DNA of 28,630 nt, taken from the NCBI GenBank assembly GCA_002189035.1, contig NEEC01000135.1, forward strand, positions 1 through 28,630, written 5' to 3'. Below, piece by piece: positions 11,302-22,830 of the stretch; the stretch's first letter is position 1, and every line of letters starts with the position of its first letter. The position numbers were made by a program, and so were the translations under genes. Under the pieces are notes generated by a model that ran no database searches, was not told where the DNA came from, and saw only the letters and a program-made list of their open reading frames with translations. The stretch comes from Utricularia gibba (Eukaryota > Plantae > Magnoliophyta).

Positions 11302-13102
11302 ATGGCCTCGTCCCTGAACGCCATCCTTCCTCCGGTGAAAGGGAACCTCATCACGATTCTGAGCATTGATGGAGGCGGCATTCGCGGCATCATCCCGGCG
11401 AAAGTTCTCGATTTCCTGGAAGCCCATCTTCAGGTGGTCACGCCGTTTCCAGATCATCGTCCTCGGGGGGCCGACGACGATGGGTATACGTTTTTGATTG
11501 GGAGTGTTTTTTTGTAATATGTGACAGGAGCTTGATGGCGATGAAGTACGACTCGCTGATTACTTCGATGTGATCGCGGGGACGAGCACCGGCGGTCTTC
11601 TGGCCGCCATGCTAGCGACCCCCGGTGACAGTCATCGTCCTCTCTTTGCTGCCAAGGACATCGTTTCGTTTTACCAGCAACACGGACCTCAGATCTTCCC
11701 GCAGCAGGGGTGACGCTCTTGTTCAAACCAATGATTTTAAACACGACTTTCGTTTAAGGAAAAAAGGGATAGAGTTATTTATCTGTTGGTGCCTGAGCTT
11801 ACAGGGGGTTTGTGGGTTCATTGATGAGCACCATAAACAGACTAAAAGGGCCGAAGTACGACGGAAACCATCTTCACCGCGTGCTGAGGGAGAAACTCGG
11901 AAAGAAACGATTGAGCGAAACGTTGGCAAATGTCGTGATCCCACTTACGATATCAACAAGATGACTCCTGTGGTTTTTTCATCTTATCAGGTGGGTAGTT
12001 GTGTTTCTTGAACATTACAGAGGTTGGTGTCTTGTGAGAGACATTGAGGGTGAGATAATTTTCTGATTGAAACCCTAAGTGAAAGTGAATTGTCGTTGTA
12101 ACTTAGTGGTCTGGTTCCAGTTGAGTGAAGTTCCTCAGATCAATGCACTTATGTCGGATGTCTGCATCAGCACCTCTGCTGCACCGACTTATTTCCCGGC
12201 CCACTACTTCATCAACGAGGACTGGGAATTCAATCTCGTCGACGGCGGCGTTGCTGCGAACAACCCAGTATATTCTCTGTTCTACATATTTCCGGCACTT
12301 CTGTCCAAATTTATCAGGTTTTAAAGCGTAGTGAGTCTACAGACGCTGGTTGCTGTTCGTGAAGTCACGGAGCAACTTACCAAGAAAAACCCAGACTTTT
12401 CGGATTGCGATCCCATGGATTACACCAGGTTCCTGGTCATCTCTCTCGGCACAGGGACCCACAAGCAGAGTAAGAAATACACGGCGGAGGCGGCGGCGGG
12501 GTGGGGACTACTGGGCTGGCTGATCCAGGGGAACTCCGTTCCCCTTATTGACATCTTCAGCGAAGCCAGTGCTGATTTGGTGGATTACTTCGTAAGCACG
12601 GTGTTTAAAGCCCATGACAGCGAACAAAATTATCTCCGGATTCAAGTAAAGTGTTCGATCATCTTCTCGTCCACATCTCCTCTTGGAGTCATTTTTCCAT
12701 CTCCGCACGGCTGATTAAGTCAACCTTCACCAGGAGGACGCACTGCCCGAAGAGTACTCGTCGATGGACGTCGCGACGAGTATGAACATGGACGGACTTG
12801 TGAGAATTGGAGAAAACATACTGAAAAAACCCGTCGCGTCGCCGAACCTCTTCACCGGAAGCACTGAAGCTGTTCCGAATGGAGAAACCAATGAGGAGGC
12901 TCTGAAAAGGCAAGCATACCACCGCCCCCACTCCCCCTGGATCTAGTGTTGGTTAATGATGGGTTTATGTTGTTCATTGTTATTTAGCCTTTACCAATTC
13001 ATCGGAGACCACACGGTGTGTTTCAGGTTCGCCAAGTTGCTGTCGGAAGAACGAAAGCTCAGGATTTCAAGAACTCCGACCACCAGCTACAGACCCAGTT
13101 GA
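11302..13102 (+). CDS. Patatin-like phospholipase A / lipid acyl hydrolase (pPLAII type); 7 exons, about 400 aa after repairing one -1 frameshift at about 11941
   Basis: Exons: 11302-11433, 11528-11709, 11805-11990, 12121-12267, 12343-12645, 12734-12909, 13027-13102. Motifs: [70 protein letters not shown]. Confidence 0.94.
12910..13026 (+). other. GC-AG intron (patatin last intron)
   Basis: AAAAG|GCAAGC donor and TTTCAG|G acceptor restore [17 protein letters not shown]. Confidence 0.85.
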
Positions 13103-14112
13103 TGCAGTTGTGATCTGCTGCTTGCAGTGTGTTGGACACAACTCCCCTTGAAGTATTCACTCAAATAATGGGGAGTTTATCCCCAAAAAGGTGGATTATG
13201 AAGAGGATCACCAGAGACTAGGGTTACTCTGCAATACAGCCATCGATGGAGGATGCTCTCGATCATATTAGAAGACTAGGGTTTCGGTCTTACAGAACCC
13301 TAGCCCTAACCATTCTCACCCTTCTTCGTCTCGTGTGTTGTTCTTCATGAAGATACTTCAACATCATACAAACCTTCAATGCAGCAGAAAAAAGGCACAG
13401 AATTAATCAAAAAGTAAGCCCTAAGGACTCAGCCATCAAGAGAAGGTAATGAAGAACAAGTAGTGGAGCTTGTAAGAATTGGACAAAACAAAAATGGTGA
13501 AAAAAATTAATTATAAGTAACAGTAAAACCATACATGGGGGAAAATAAAAGTTTTTTTTTAGTGATTTAAGATATAAAATTAATTCTTTGAAAAAATTGT
13601 ATATAAGAAATGAATGAAATATTGGTAAAAAAATTAATGGAGAAAATATATTTTTCCATAATAAATTTTGAAAACCTTCATTATCTAAAGAGGAATATAA
13701 TAAATAATAATGCCTGGTTGCATGTGTGAACAGTGCATGTTAAAAAAAACACTGCATGTTTGCGAACTGGGACACACCCCCACTGCCCACTGGCAAGAAC
13801 CCATTTATTGCCTCCACAGAAAACCAGTGTTTTTGGTGATTTCCAGAATCCGTCGTCAATTTACTCGCATTTGTGAGACGCAACATTCGCATTTACTTAC
13901 CCATCTTCCCAACGCCCCAAGCCACTTCGTTTCTTTCTTTTATTTTTCAATCATTTCTTTTGCTCAAGATTAGAACTTGCTGCGGTTTTCCATGGCTTGG
14001 GCATCTGGTAATCATTTACATCTACCGCATAGCTACGAAATATCCAGTTTTCTGTAGAACCCCGGGCTCCCCAGTTCGAAAAAATTTCTTCTTTTCGTGC
14101 TGAATTCGGTGA

Positions 14113-15489
14113 ATGGGGAAGTCGTTTGTGGAGGTCGTTTCCCGTAAATACGTTCTCCAGCTACTCTTTTTACTGTTGTTTGCACCCATTTGTTCCCCTC
14201 TGTCTGTGGGATTCTACGCGGGTTCCTGCCCAGCGGCAGAAATGATGGTGAAACAGACGGTCAGATCTGCTTCCCAGGCGGATCCAACGGTTCCGGGGAA
14301 GCTACTCCGCTTGTTGTTTCACGATTGCTTCGTCGAGGTAACAATGGGACGTGCATTTTCTTTGTCAAATAGGTCGAAAAATGTCATTCTTCAATCATGG
14401 ATTTTGTTTAGGGGTGTGATGCTTCTGTGCTGATACAAGGGAACAATACCGAGAGAAGTGATCCTGCAAACCAGTCACTTGGTGGGTTCTCAGTTATTGA
14501 TTCCGCGAAAAGGGTTCTGGAAATCTTTTGCCCTGGAACTGTATCTTGTGCTGATATTCTTGCATTGGCTGCTAGAGACGCAGTGGAGCTAGTAAGTACC
14601 AACAGAAATGGGATTAGCAATGAGTTTAACCTATTTCAATGTGGTAATCTGTGTTGTTAATTCCAGACAGGGGGACCAAGTGTTGTGATGCCCACAGGGA
14701 GAAAAGATGGGAGAGTTTCAGTGGATTCAAACGTGAGACCAAACATCATTGACACAAGCTTCACACTGGATGAGATGGCTCACGTTTTCTCTCAGAAGGG
14801 GTTATCCATGGATGACCTTGTGACACTCTCAGGTTAATCACCTTTCACTTGGGTTAAAAAATGCTCAACTTTGGTGTGTAAATGTCTCTACACTGCACTC
14901 ATTTATGCAGTAGGTGTGCTGCATTTAGAGCATTGTCTCTGTGGGCAACCTTTCATTTACTCTTCTCTATGATTGGGGTGCAACTGCACCATCCTTACTG
15001 TAATTTGTTGGGGATCGATCCCCTGATCAGCTAAAGTTCACCTGAAACTTAGATTCTGATTGTGTGGCAGGGGCTCATACAATCGGATCAGCTCACTGCA
15101 GTGCATTTGACGACCGGTTTGAGGTAGACACGAACGGAAACATCACGATGATTGATTCATCCCTGGACAGGGAATACGCAGTGCAGCTGATCAAAAGGTG
15201 CCCGCATGGAACTACCGACGATTCTGTGACGGTGAATAACGACCCTGGATCGCCTTTCTTGTTTGACAATGAGTACTACAAGGTTCTGCTGGAGAACAAG
15301 GGTCTGTTTCAATCGGATTCAGCTCTGGTGAGTGACAAGAGAACTGCAAGTAAAGTCAGTGAGTTTGCAAACAGTCAGGAAAGCTTCTTCGAGAGGTGGC
15401 AAGAATCCTTTTTGAAGCTCGCTAGTATTGGAGTGAAGAGCGAGGCTGACGGCGGCGAGGTTCGCCGGACATGTTCGTCGCCGAACTGA
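14113..15489 (+). CDS. Class III secretory peroxidase (PER46/PER18-like); 4 exons, 329 aa
   Basis: Exons: 14113-14337, 14412-14591, 14667-14832, 15071-15489, all in frame, with the classic 3-intron layout. Hydrophobic signal peptide, [80 protein letters not shown]. Confidence 0.96.
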
Positions 15490-15728
15490 GCAACTCATCG
15501 GTTGCATACGTCTGAAGCTTGACAGTTCTGAGGTTGAAGCTAACTTGGCACCAGTTGTTACAGCTAATATTTTGTATTTTAAAAATCATCAATTATGTTG
15601 TGTACGTTTCATAATATTCAATATATTACAATTTTATATTGTATCATTTTTTGAAAATATTTTTAACTTAAAATTTAATATTATAATTTTTAATTTCATT
15701 TATAATATTATTTAACTTCATGGGCGCA

Positions 15729-15780
15729 TGGGCCTAGACTGTGATCCGGGTGCACAATCTCATGGGCCGTCTAGAGCCCA
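15729..15780. promoter_or_regulatory. Site II (TGGGCY) cluster upstream of the TMX2-like gene
   Basis: TGGGCC at 15729 and 15763, and AGCCCA at 15775, in a GC island right after an AT-rich stretch. Confidence 0.5.
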
Positions 15781-15874
15781 GTGTAGTTTCAAACATTTCT
15801 GTACGGTCTACACTTGCTTTTCTGGTTTTCCGATCATCAGAGATTGGAGATTTCATCGGACGACGAAAGTGACG

Positions 15875-17772
15875 ATGATGAGCTTCAGCCGTGTAGCTTC
15901 CGAACCCTATTATTTGATCCACTTCTTTGTTTTTTTCTCGTACATTGTTGTTCGCTGCTCTGCGTCTGAACTACCGACTCCTATACTCCCAGCGCGTCTT
16001 TTTCGCCGAGTAAATTGTGATCCCTCATGCTCTGTTTATTTCGGCATCAATCATGTGGTAGTCTGTTTCACCTCAATTTGAAAAAAAAATTTCTATTCTA
16101 TTGTTTCCCAGGAGATTCAGTTGCTGCTGGCTTTTGTAGTTTTAACTGCTGTAAAGGTAAAACTTCATTTCGTTTTTTACTTTGCGTAATCCAGATTCTT
16201 TGCTGGAAAATTTGATAATTTAAGTTTTGGGAATTGATTAACATTACCTAGTTAATGCTTTATCTTGAGAAGGATCCAGTATTCCATTTTATTTTGACTG
16301 TACTTCACATATGCACTTGCAGCTTGTAAGAAAAGAATCTTGGGAGGATTTTGTAGGGTTTACTCTTTTCTCTGCTAAGGTGATTTATTTTGCAACATCT
16401 GCATTCTACCATCAGACGCACTGTCTTCTCATACATACTTGCTACCTGTTGGTATCTTCTTCAGATTTGTCTTGCTTGTGCTGCTCTGTTGATGGATTAC
16501 CACCTGGCTTTGTGGTATGCAGTTGCTTTTTTGGGTATGCGGCACTTGTGTCCTATTTATGTAGCTACTGACCTCTTATTCATTGACTTTGCTTCTTGAT
16601 AGATCAGCACTCTCTAGTCTTCATATTCTCAATATTTAAGCATCACTTCTTCTACTTGACAGTTATGTATATCATTGTTCAACAACCCGCTTTCAAAGAG
16701 CAAGGTAAAATATACACCTAGCTACTCTCAAGTTTTTCTCTTCTCCATCCTCCATTCTGTTTATTGCTTATCAGAGAACTATTTTTCATGCTGAGTATTC
16801 TGGGTTCCGTGCACATAATCTTTATAGGGACGGTAAGTTACTTAACACCATTGCAACTGGAGACTCTGCTAACCGAAGGGAGTAGCCCAAGATACTGGAT
16901 GGTGGGTCCACTGACTGGTCAGAGTTCTCGTTATACAGGATCCTTATTTAGCTTCTTTTTTCTTTTTTTTTTTTTAACTGTGTCGAGTGCATGATTGGAA
17001 GTGGTTTTGAAGAGATGACTTAAGTAATAGCTTGCAAGTTTCTCAATGCACAGGGAAGGGAGACCATCAAGATGCAGTTATAGGGTTCCCTTTTTCTCCT
17101 TTCTTGACAAAGTATGATTCCTTCTATTTCTTGGTGGAATTTTACAGGTGGAATTTCGTTCTTTATCTACATCCAGTTGTGTTAGATCAAGTTCATTTTT
17201 CCCAGAGCTATCAATCACGTGAGTCAGCTCGCCCCTTGCGCTTTCTTCAAGTTATTCTTTAAATTCATTGATCAACACAACTCTTCCTTCACTCTGAGTT
17301 GCTGTAATGTAGATTCTCCAACAAAAATTTATCATTCGGAACCGTTAATATCGGACTATTTCCAAATGCCGCAGAGAAATTCGGAGTTGCCCACAGTAAG
17401 AACCTGAGTCCCCTACATTTCTTCTTCACCATCCTTACCAGTTTCCACATATATCAAACTGGTCGCTTGATTGTACAGCCACATCTCAGCAGCTTCCAAA
17501 CTATGTGCTGTTTGATGATGGTGTTGAGGTTTCCCGGTTAACTCAAGGGGACCCTGAAGCATACTTCTTCAATATTCCCTTATCTAAGGTACTCGTATTT
17601 TCGATTCGACTTATATTTACACTCTCGAAGATGCGTAAAAAGGCCTAAATGTAAGTGGCCTTGCTTAGTTTATACTATAGCAGCTTATGCTCCATGGATG
17701 TTGTTGCAGAGACTAGTTTGCCAACACTTCCAGCTTGATAAGCTTCTGATTGATTATATCAGCGGCAAATAG
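15875..17772 (+). CDS. Thioredoxin-related transmembrane protein (TMX2-like); 10 exons, about 249 aa
   Basis: Exons: 15875-16009, 16112-16156, 16323-16379, 16465-16534, 16663-16704, 16828-16901, 17148-17218, 17313-17395, 17479-17588, 17710-17772 (750 nt, in frame). N-terminal hydrophobic segments (SEPYYLIHFFVFFSY, LMDYHLALWYAVAFL), then LTPLQLETLL, YWMVEFR, FFPELSIT, NLSFGTVNIGLFPNAAEKFG, QLPNYVLF. Confidence 0.88.
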
Positions 17773-18047
17773 GCAAGGGAAACCCGGCTAGCCGTTGATC
17801 TTTTTCATACTGATTTTACCTTATCAGCAATAAATATGTATTACTTTTAATCGTCAATTTTATTATTTAATTTCATTTGAGTAATTAATGATATAAAATA
17901 TAGAAGCAAATCTTTGAATTCAAGAAACAAGTTTTGAGAGTGAATCTGTTTCCCTCCATTACAAAATTTCGTTCTCCCTCCCGAATTTTCTTTCAAAACC
18001 CTACTGAGATCTTCTCGGCCAAAATTGCAACCTGCGGCGTCATCGGA

Positions 18048-20400
18048 ATGTTACTCTCTGCTTCTTCGCCGCCGATGGTGGATAATCGCCTCGAATTGAC
18101 GTCTGAATATGAATCACCAAATTGCACATCTCTCGGCGGCGGTCACTCCGCTGATCGGTTTCGTCACGACGATAGCGGGATTGATCTGGTTAGCCAGTCG
18201 AACTCTCTTTCTTTTTTGTTCTTATGGCCAGTATTTGGATTTCTATTTGTCGGTGTGGTGGTGAATTATTTTCTGATGGTTATCTAAGTGAGTTATGACA
18301 GGGGGCGGGGCTCGAAAATCTGGGGAATACATGTTTCATGAATTCGGTGTTACAATGTTTCATGCATACTGTTCCACTTCTCAATCGAATCTTCTCAGAT
18401 AAACAGCGCACGCATTCTAATTGTACGTTAAGTCATGTTGTTTGTGCAGGAGTTGTATATAGATATATACAATATCGTTTTGATTGCAAAATTTTCTTAA
18501 TTTGCAGGTAGTGCTGATGAATTTTGCACGCTGTGTGATCTAAAGGATCTAGTTAAGCGTTCGCTGAAATGGAGAGTTCTATACCCAGGCAGAATCTTCA
18601 ATAACCTAAACTGTATCCTTTTCTGTTCACGTTCTGACTTGATCTTTTCTAGTATATTTTGCTTGAGTTTTTCCCAGTTTGGTCGTACTTTGTTACTTTA
18701 ACTTCGAGAACTATCAGATTTCTCTTCAAATTTTCAAATGTACCAGCAGGAAGATGCGCACGAGTTCCTTCAATGTTATTTGGACAAGCTCGAAAGCTCT
18801 TTTAATCCAAATTCTAAAGATTCTGCACCGCCTCGTAGTGAGACCCTAGTCAAAGAAGTGTTTGGTGGCCGTATCCTCAGCAAGGTACGAGCTTCAGTTT
18901 TGAATGTCGTCCTTTTTTCTAGCATTTCTGTTCTATAATGTTAGAGTTCAGAATTTTGATTTCTACAAGAAATTTCTTGTTTGCAGCTGACTTGCTGCAG
19001 CTGTGGTAACTGTTCTGAGACTTACGAGCTTTCAATTGATATGAGTTTGGAGATTGAGGATGCTGATACTCTTGAATCTGCCCTGAAATCTTTCACAAAG
19101 CTTGAGAAAATTGAGGATCCTGAAAATAAGTTCACTTGCAATGAGTGTAAGGAGAAGGTATTTGTAGAGAAACAACTTTCCCTTCACGAGACCCCGCAAG
19201 TGGCTGTATTTCATTTGAAGAGATTCAAAAATGATGGTCATTATGTTGAGAAAATTGATAAGCATGTGGCCTTCCCCACGGACTTGGATTTGCTTCCTTT
19301 CACTAGTGGAAATAGTGACGTGAGTCTCACTCTCTCTCCCTATTTTTTTTTTTTTGACTCATTGTTTTGTGACATTCTGCTTGAAATCTAATGTCATCAG
19401 CTGACTATGAAATCCTACTCCATGCTTCTGGTTTCCGTTTGCAGATAGACCTTCAGTACACTCTCTATGCCATTGTGGTGCACCGCGGATGGGCTTCCAC
19501 CTCCGGCCACTACTATTGCTTCAATCGCATATCACAAAATATGTGGTGCAAGTTTGATGACTCAAGTGTAAACATCTTGAGCTTCCAGCTTAATTATATT
19601 AACCCTGAAATCTAGTTTTTCTTTGGCTAATATTCCACATTTTTGGTCAGGTAACGGTGGTCGATGAAGAGTATGTGCTATCGCAGCAGGCTTACATTCT
19701 ATTCTACTCTAGGGAGGGGACCCCATGGTTTTCAACTTTCTATGAATCTCACAAACTATGTTTGGAGTCTGAGATTTCCAATACGTCGCCAACATCAGTT
19801 TTAGAAAAGCAGACTGCATTGCCAACGTCTCCTGAACAGAAACCTGAACTCCCTCCTTGCTTTGACATAGCTACCAAGTCACAAATTAGGAACACTTCTG
19901 GCAACGAGGAAGACCAAAGGATCGAGTTTTCACTGCATGAAGCCGCATGTATGCCTACCAATCAGCAATCTCAAAATATTTCTATGGTCACAAGTCATCA
20001 ACTCGAGACATCTGAGAGAATCAATAGATCGCCAAGTCCAGAGATTTACAGAGATGACCCATCTGACGGTATGTTTTAAGTTTAATGATGATTTTGTTGC
20101 AGTTGGACAAAATTTTGATTTCCCGTTTCAGACCCCTGCATTTCAGCTCCTCCAACTGTGACTGGTCACACACGTAGCAAGAGGCCATTGGATGACCACA
20201 CAGATAGTATGGAACGAAAGCAAGCATTCTTGCTCTTAAAAAAAAGATTCCAAGGTTCAAGGGCCCGGATGCTGAGGGCTGCAGTGATGGGAGATTACCC
20301 TTCTCCCCGCAGGAAGAAGACGTTCTCCCTAGTGCAAATGCTTTGCATCCAATGCTCTCTAGATCTTAGAGGTGAAACAACCAACCCCTGCTGTATTTAA
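18048..20400 (+). CDS. Ubiquitin carboxyl-terminal hydrolase (USP/UBP, UBP20/21-like); 8 exons, about 572 aa; start codon and first donor less certain
   Basis: Exons: about 18048-18230, 18302-18422, 18508-18612, 18718-18884, 18987-19319, 19445-19567, 19651-20068, 20132-20400. Cys box GAGLENLGNTCFMNSVLQC, QQEDAHEFL, VFGGRILS, Zn-finger CCSC...CNEC, VFHLKRF, His box VVHRGWASTSGHYY, KFDD, QAYILFY. Confidence 0.9.
18613..18717 (+). other. U12-type (minor spliceosome) GT-AG intron in the UBP gene
   Basis: 5' site GTATCCTTTT; branch-point-like TTACTTTAAC at 18693-18702, 15 nt before the AG; flanking exons join in frame (NLNYFSSNFQ). Confidence 0.85.
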
Positions 20401-21126
20401 TGTCCAGTCCTTGATCTGTAACATTCTCAGCTTGAGCCCAAATAATTAAGTTTTGAAGATCATATGATGAGCATGCTTATCAAGACTATTCTCGTTTTTC
20501 GTCTCTTGCAGCATACTATCAACTGAGAAATCTGAAAGGAATCAGGCAGTTACCGATCAAGGATGCCAGGTTCTGCAAAACAAAATAGTGAATTCTTATC
20601 ATTCACACAAAATATGCAATTCACATCGTTGCAAAATATTAATTAATTATTGGATGGTCAATGAATGCAACTGCAGTGAATGCATCGATGCTCGATTTTG
20701 AATTTTACAGTGGGTTCCTAATTGTTCCTCTAACTTATGAATCCACTCATATGCTCCATTTCACGTGCCACTAGAGAGTTAGAGACGCCTTGGGTAAATT
20801 GATGACACCTGTTGTCCACTAATGTATTTCATGTGGTCGCTCATCTTGTTACGCATCTTAAATGGGATTACACGAAGTAGGTGCCTCGTGGTCGCTGGCT
20901 TTACTTCATTTCTTTTTGTGTCTACTCTGAATCTCACTAATCTCCAATTACAAGACCCTTCTTTTTCCACTTTTTAATGCAATGTCAGTCCTATAATACA
21001 TGCTTTTTTTTTAATTATCAATGATACGGTTGTGGATGCATGATATTGTCACCTTCCACTTTTATGCTTGGGGTATAAAGAGCCCTCTCCCAAGACAAAG
21101 TGTGCTTGCATTTGAGAGCATTCTTG

Positions 21127-21909
21127 ATGGCGTGGAACGCGGGGGACCTGGACATGGCTCTGGTGCCTTCAGGGTTCATGATCTTCATCGGGTACCATGT
21201 ATGGCTTTGGCACAGGGTCCGCTCTGATCCCCTCTCGACCATCATCGGAATCAATGCTCGCGTCCGCACCTATTGGGTGGCCGCCATCGTCAAGGTTCGA
21301 CTTCTGGATCTGTTTTTCTTGGAGTTCAGGCATCCCCCATAGCAGTGAATGATGGTGTTTTGGCAGGATAATGAGAAGAAGAACATCCTAGCCGTGCAGA
21401 CCTTGAGGAACACCATAATGGGATCGACGCTCATGGCGACGACCGCCATCCTGCTCTGCTGCGGCCTGGCTGCTGTGATCAGCAGCACCTACAGCGTCAA
21501 GAAGCCCCTCGACGGAGCCGTGTTCGGCGCCCACGGCGAGTTGATGGTGGCCGTCAAGTACGTCGTGCTCCTCATGGTCCTCCTCTTCGCCTTCCTCTTC
21601 CACTCCCTATCCATCCGCTTCATCAACCAAGTCAACTTCCTCATCAACTGCTGCTCCGTCGGAGCCGTCGCGCCGGAGTACGTCTCGGAGTTGCTGGAGC
21701 GGGCATCCGTGCTCAACATCGTAGGGAACAGGGTGTTCTACTCTGCACTCCCGCTTCTTCTCTGGATCTTCGGCCCTGTCGGCGTCTTCCTGTGCTTCTT
21801 CACTTTGGTGGCTTTGATGTACAATCTCGACGTCGTCTCTCGATTGGAGAAGACGAGATTCGGCAGCGATGATGAGAGTAGCCGCGCCGGTGGTGCTCAA
21901 AATGCTTGA
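21127..21909 (+). CDS. DUF599 family membrane protein of unknown function; 2 exons, 236 aa
   Basis: Exons: 21127-21294 and 21367-21909. LDMALVPSGFMIFIGYHVWLW, TIIGIN, KDNEKKNILAVQTLRNTIMGSTLMAT, FLFHSLSIRFINQVNFLIN, VGNRVFYSALPLLLWIFGP match this family. Confidence 0.9.
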
Positions 21910-22743
21910 TGCAGAGAGCAATTTGTTTGTAGTAACCCCCACATCACTTCAATCTTTACACACGTAGCTCATAAAAGGCGTGTACTTGAAATTACTAATA
22001 AAGCCCTTGGCCTTGAGGATTGACTCCTCTTTGTTTATACAAGTGGTGCCTAATTTAGCATGTCCGAAGATGTGTACAAAAACTACAAATATTTTAAAAT
22101 TATTAGTATTTTTGTGGATAAAGGGTGCATTTACTATTTTGACCCTCCATACACGCACGCAGCAGCGGTGAACCGGGATTTTAAACGGGTCATCTGTAGA
22201 TCCGGTCAAATTCTATTTCGGGTTCGGATTCAGAATCGTGAAGGTTAAACTCTGAAGCCACCGTTTTCCCAACTTCTCTTCTATAAAATGAGCGTCGTCC
22301 ACTGTTTATCACGACCTAAACCCTCGTTTTCGTCGCTCTATGAGACCGTGGGAAGCGCTTATCGGGGAGAAGAGCGATCGAGTTTCTCAGTTCTATATCC
22401 CTGTTTTGGTAATTTACGTTTTTTCCGGGTATTTTTTTGCACGATCTTTATGTATTTCTGGACAATTGATTCCTTGTTTATCTTGGTTGGAGGGATCCGC
22501 ATTCTGTGTGATTACCCAATACCGATGAAATTAAGATGTTTCACCATTTTTAGAAGGGCTTCTTTAGTGGTTAGTGTGCTTTGTAGTTATCCATTTATCA
22601 TTGTCGATGAGTAAACGATGATGTGAGGTTTTCTTCATTTTCTATGCGGCTCCGGTCTCTGCTATTTGATTTTGTGTGTCGATTTACTCGTATGGTCTCA
22701 GAAAGTTATTGTAATTCAATAGTCTCAGGGAACGGTTATTGGG

Positions 22744-22798
22744 ATGCGAAATGGCCGCCCATGATAATCAATACTATCGGAAGTTAAGGTCTTTTTGA
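22744..22798 (+). promoter_or_regulatory. Three overlapping short upstream ORFs before the BTAF1 ATG
   Basis: 22744-22764 MRNGRP*, 22751-22798 MAAHDNQYYRKLRSF*, 22761-22787 MIINTIGS*; they lie after a plausible 5'UTR intron acceptor (GTCTCAG ending 22728). Confidence 0.5.
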
Positions 22799-22830
22799 AA
22801 GAGTGAAACCTGGTGGTGGTAATTTACACC

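Noticed and set aside
20321-20400. Possible extra -1 frameshift in the UBP tail (CCC at 20327-20329 giving KKTFSPSANALHPMLSRS*)
   Set aside because: Both frames end plausibly and the tail is unconserved, so it cannot be decided.
21270-21942. Antisense ORFs over DUF599
   Set aside because: Expected by-product of GC-rich codon usage.
22150-22260. CGGGT/CCGG/GGTTCGG motifs resembling hAT subterminal repeats upstream of BTAF1
   Set aside because: Too short and irregular; no terminal inverted repeats.
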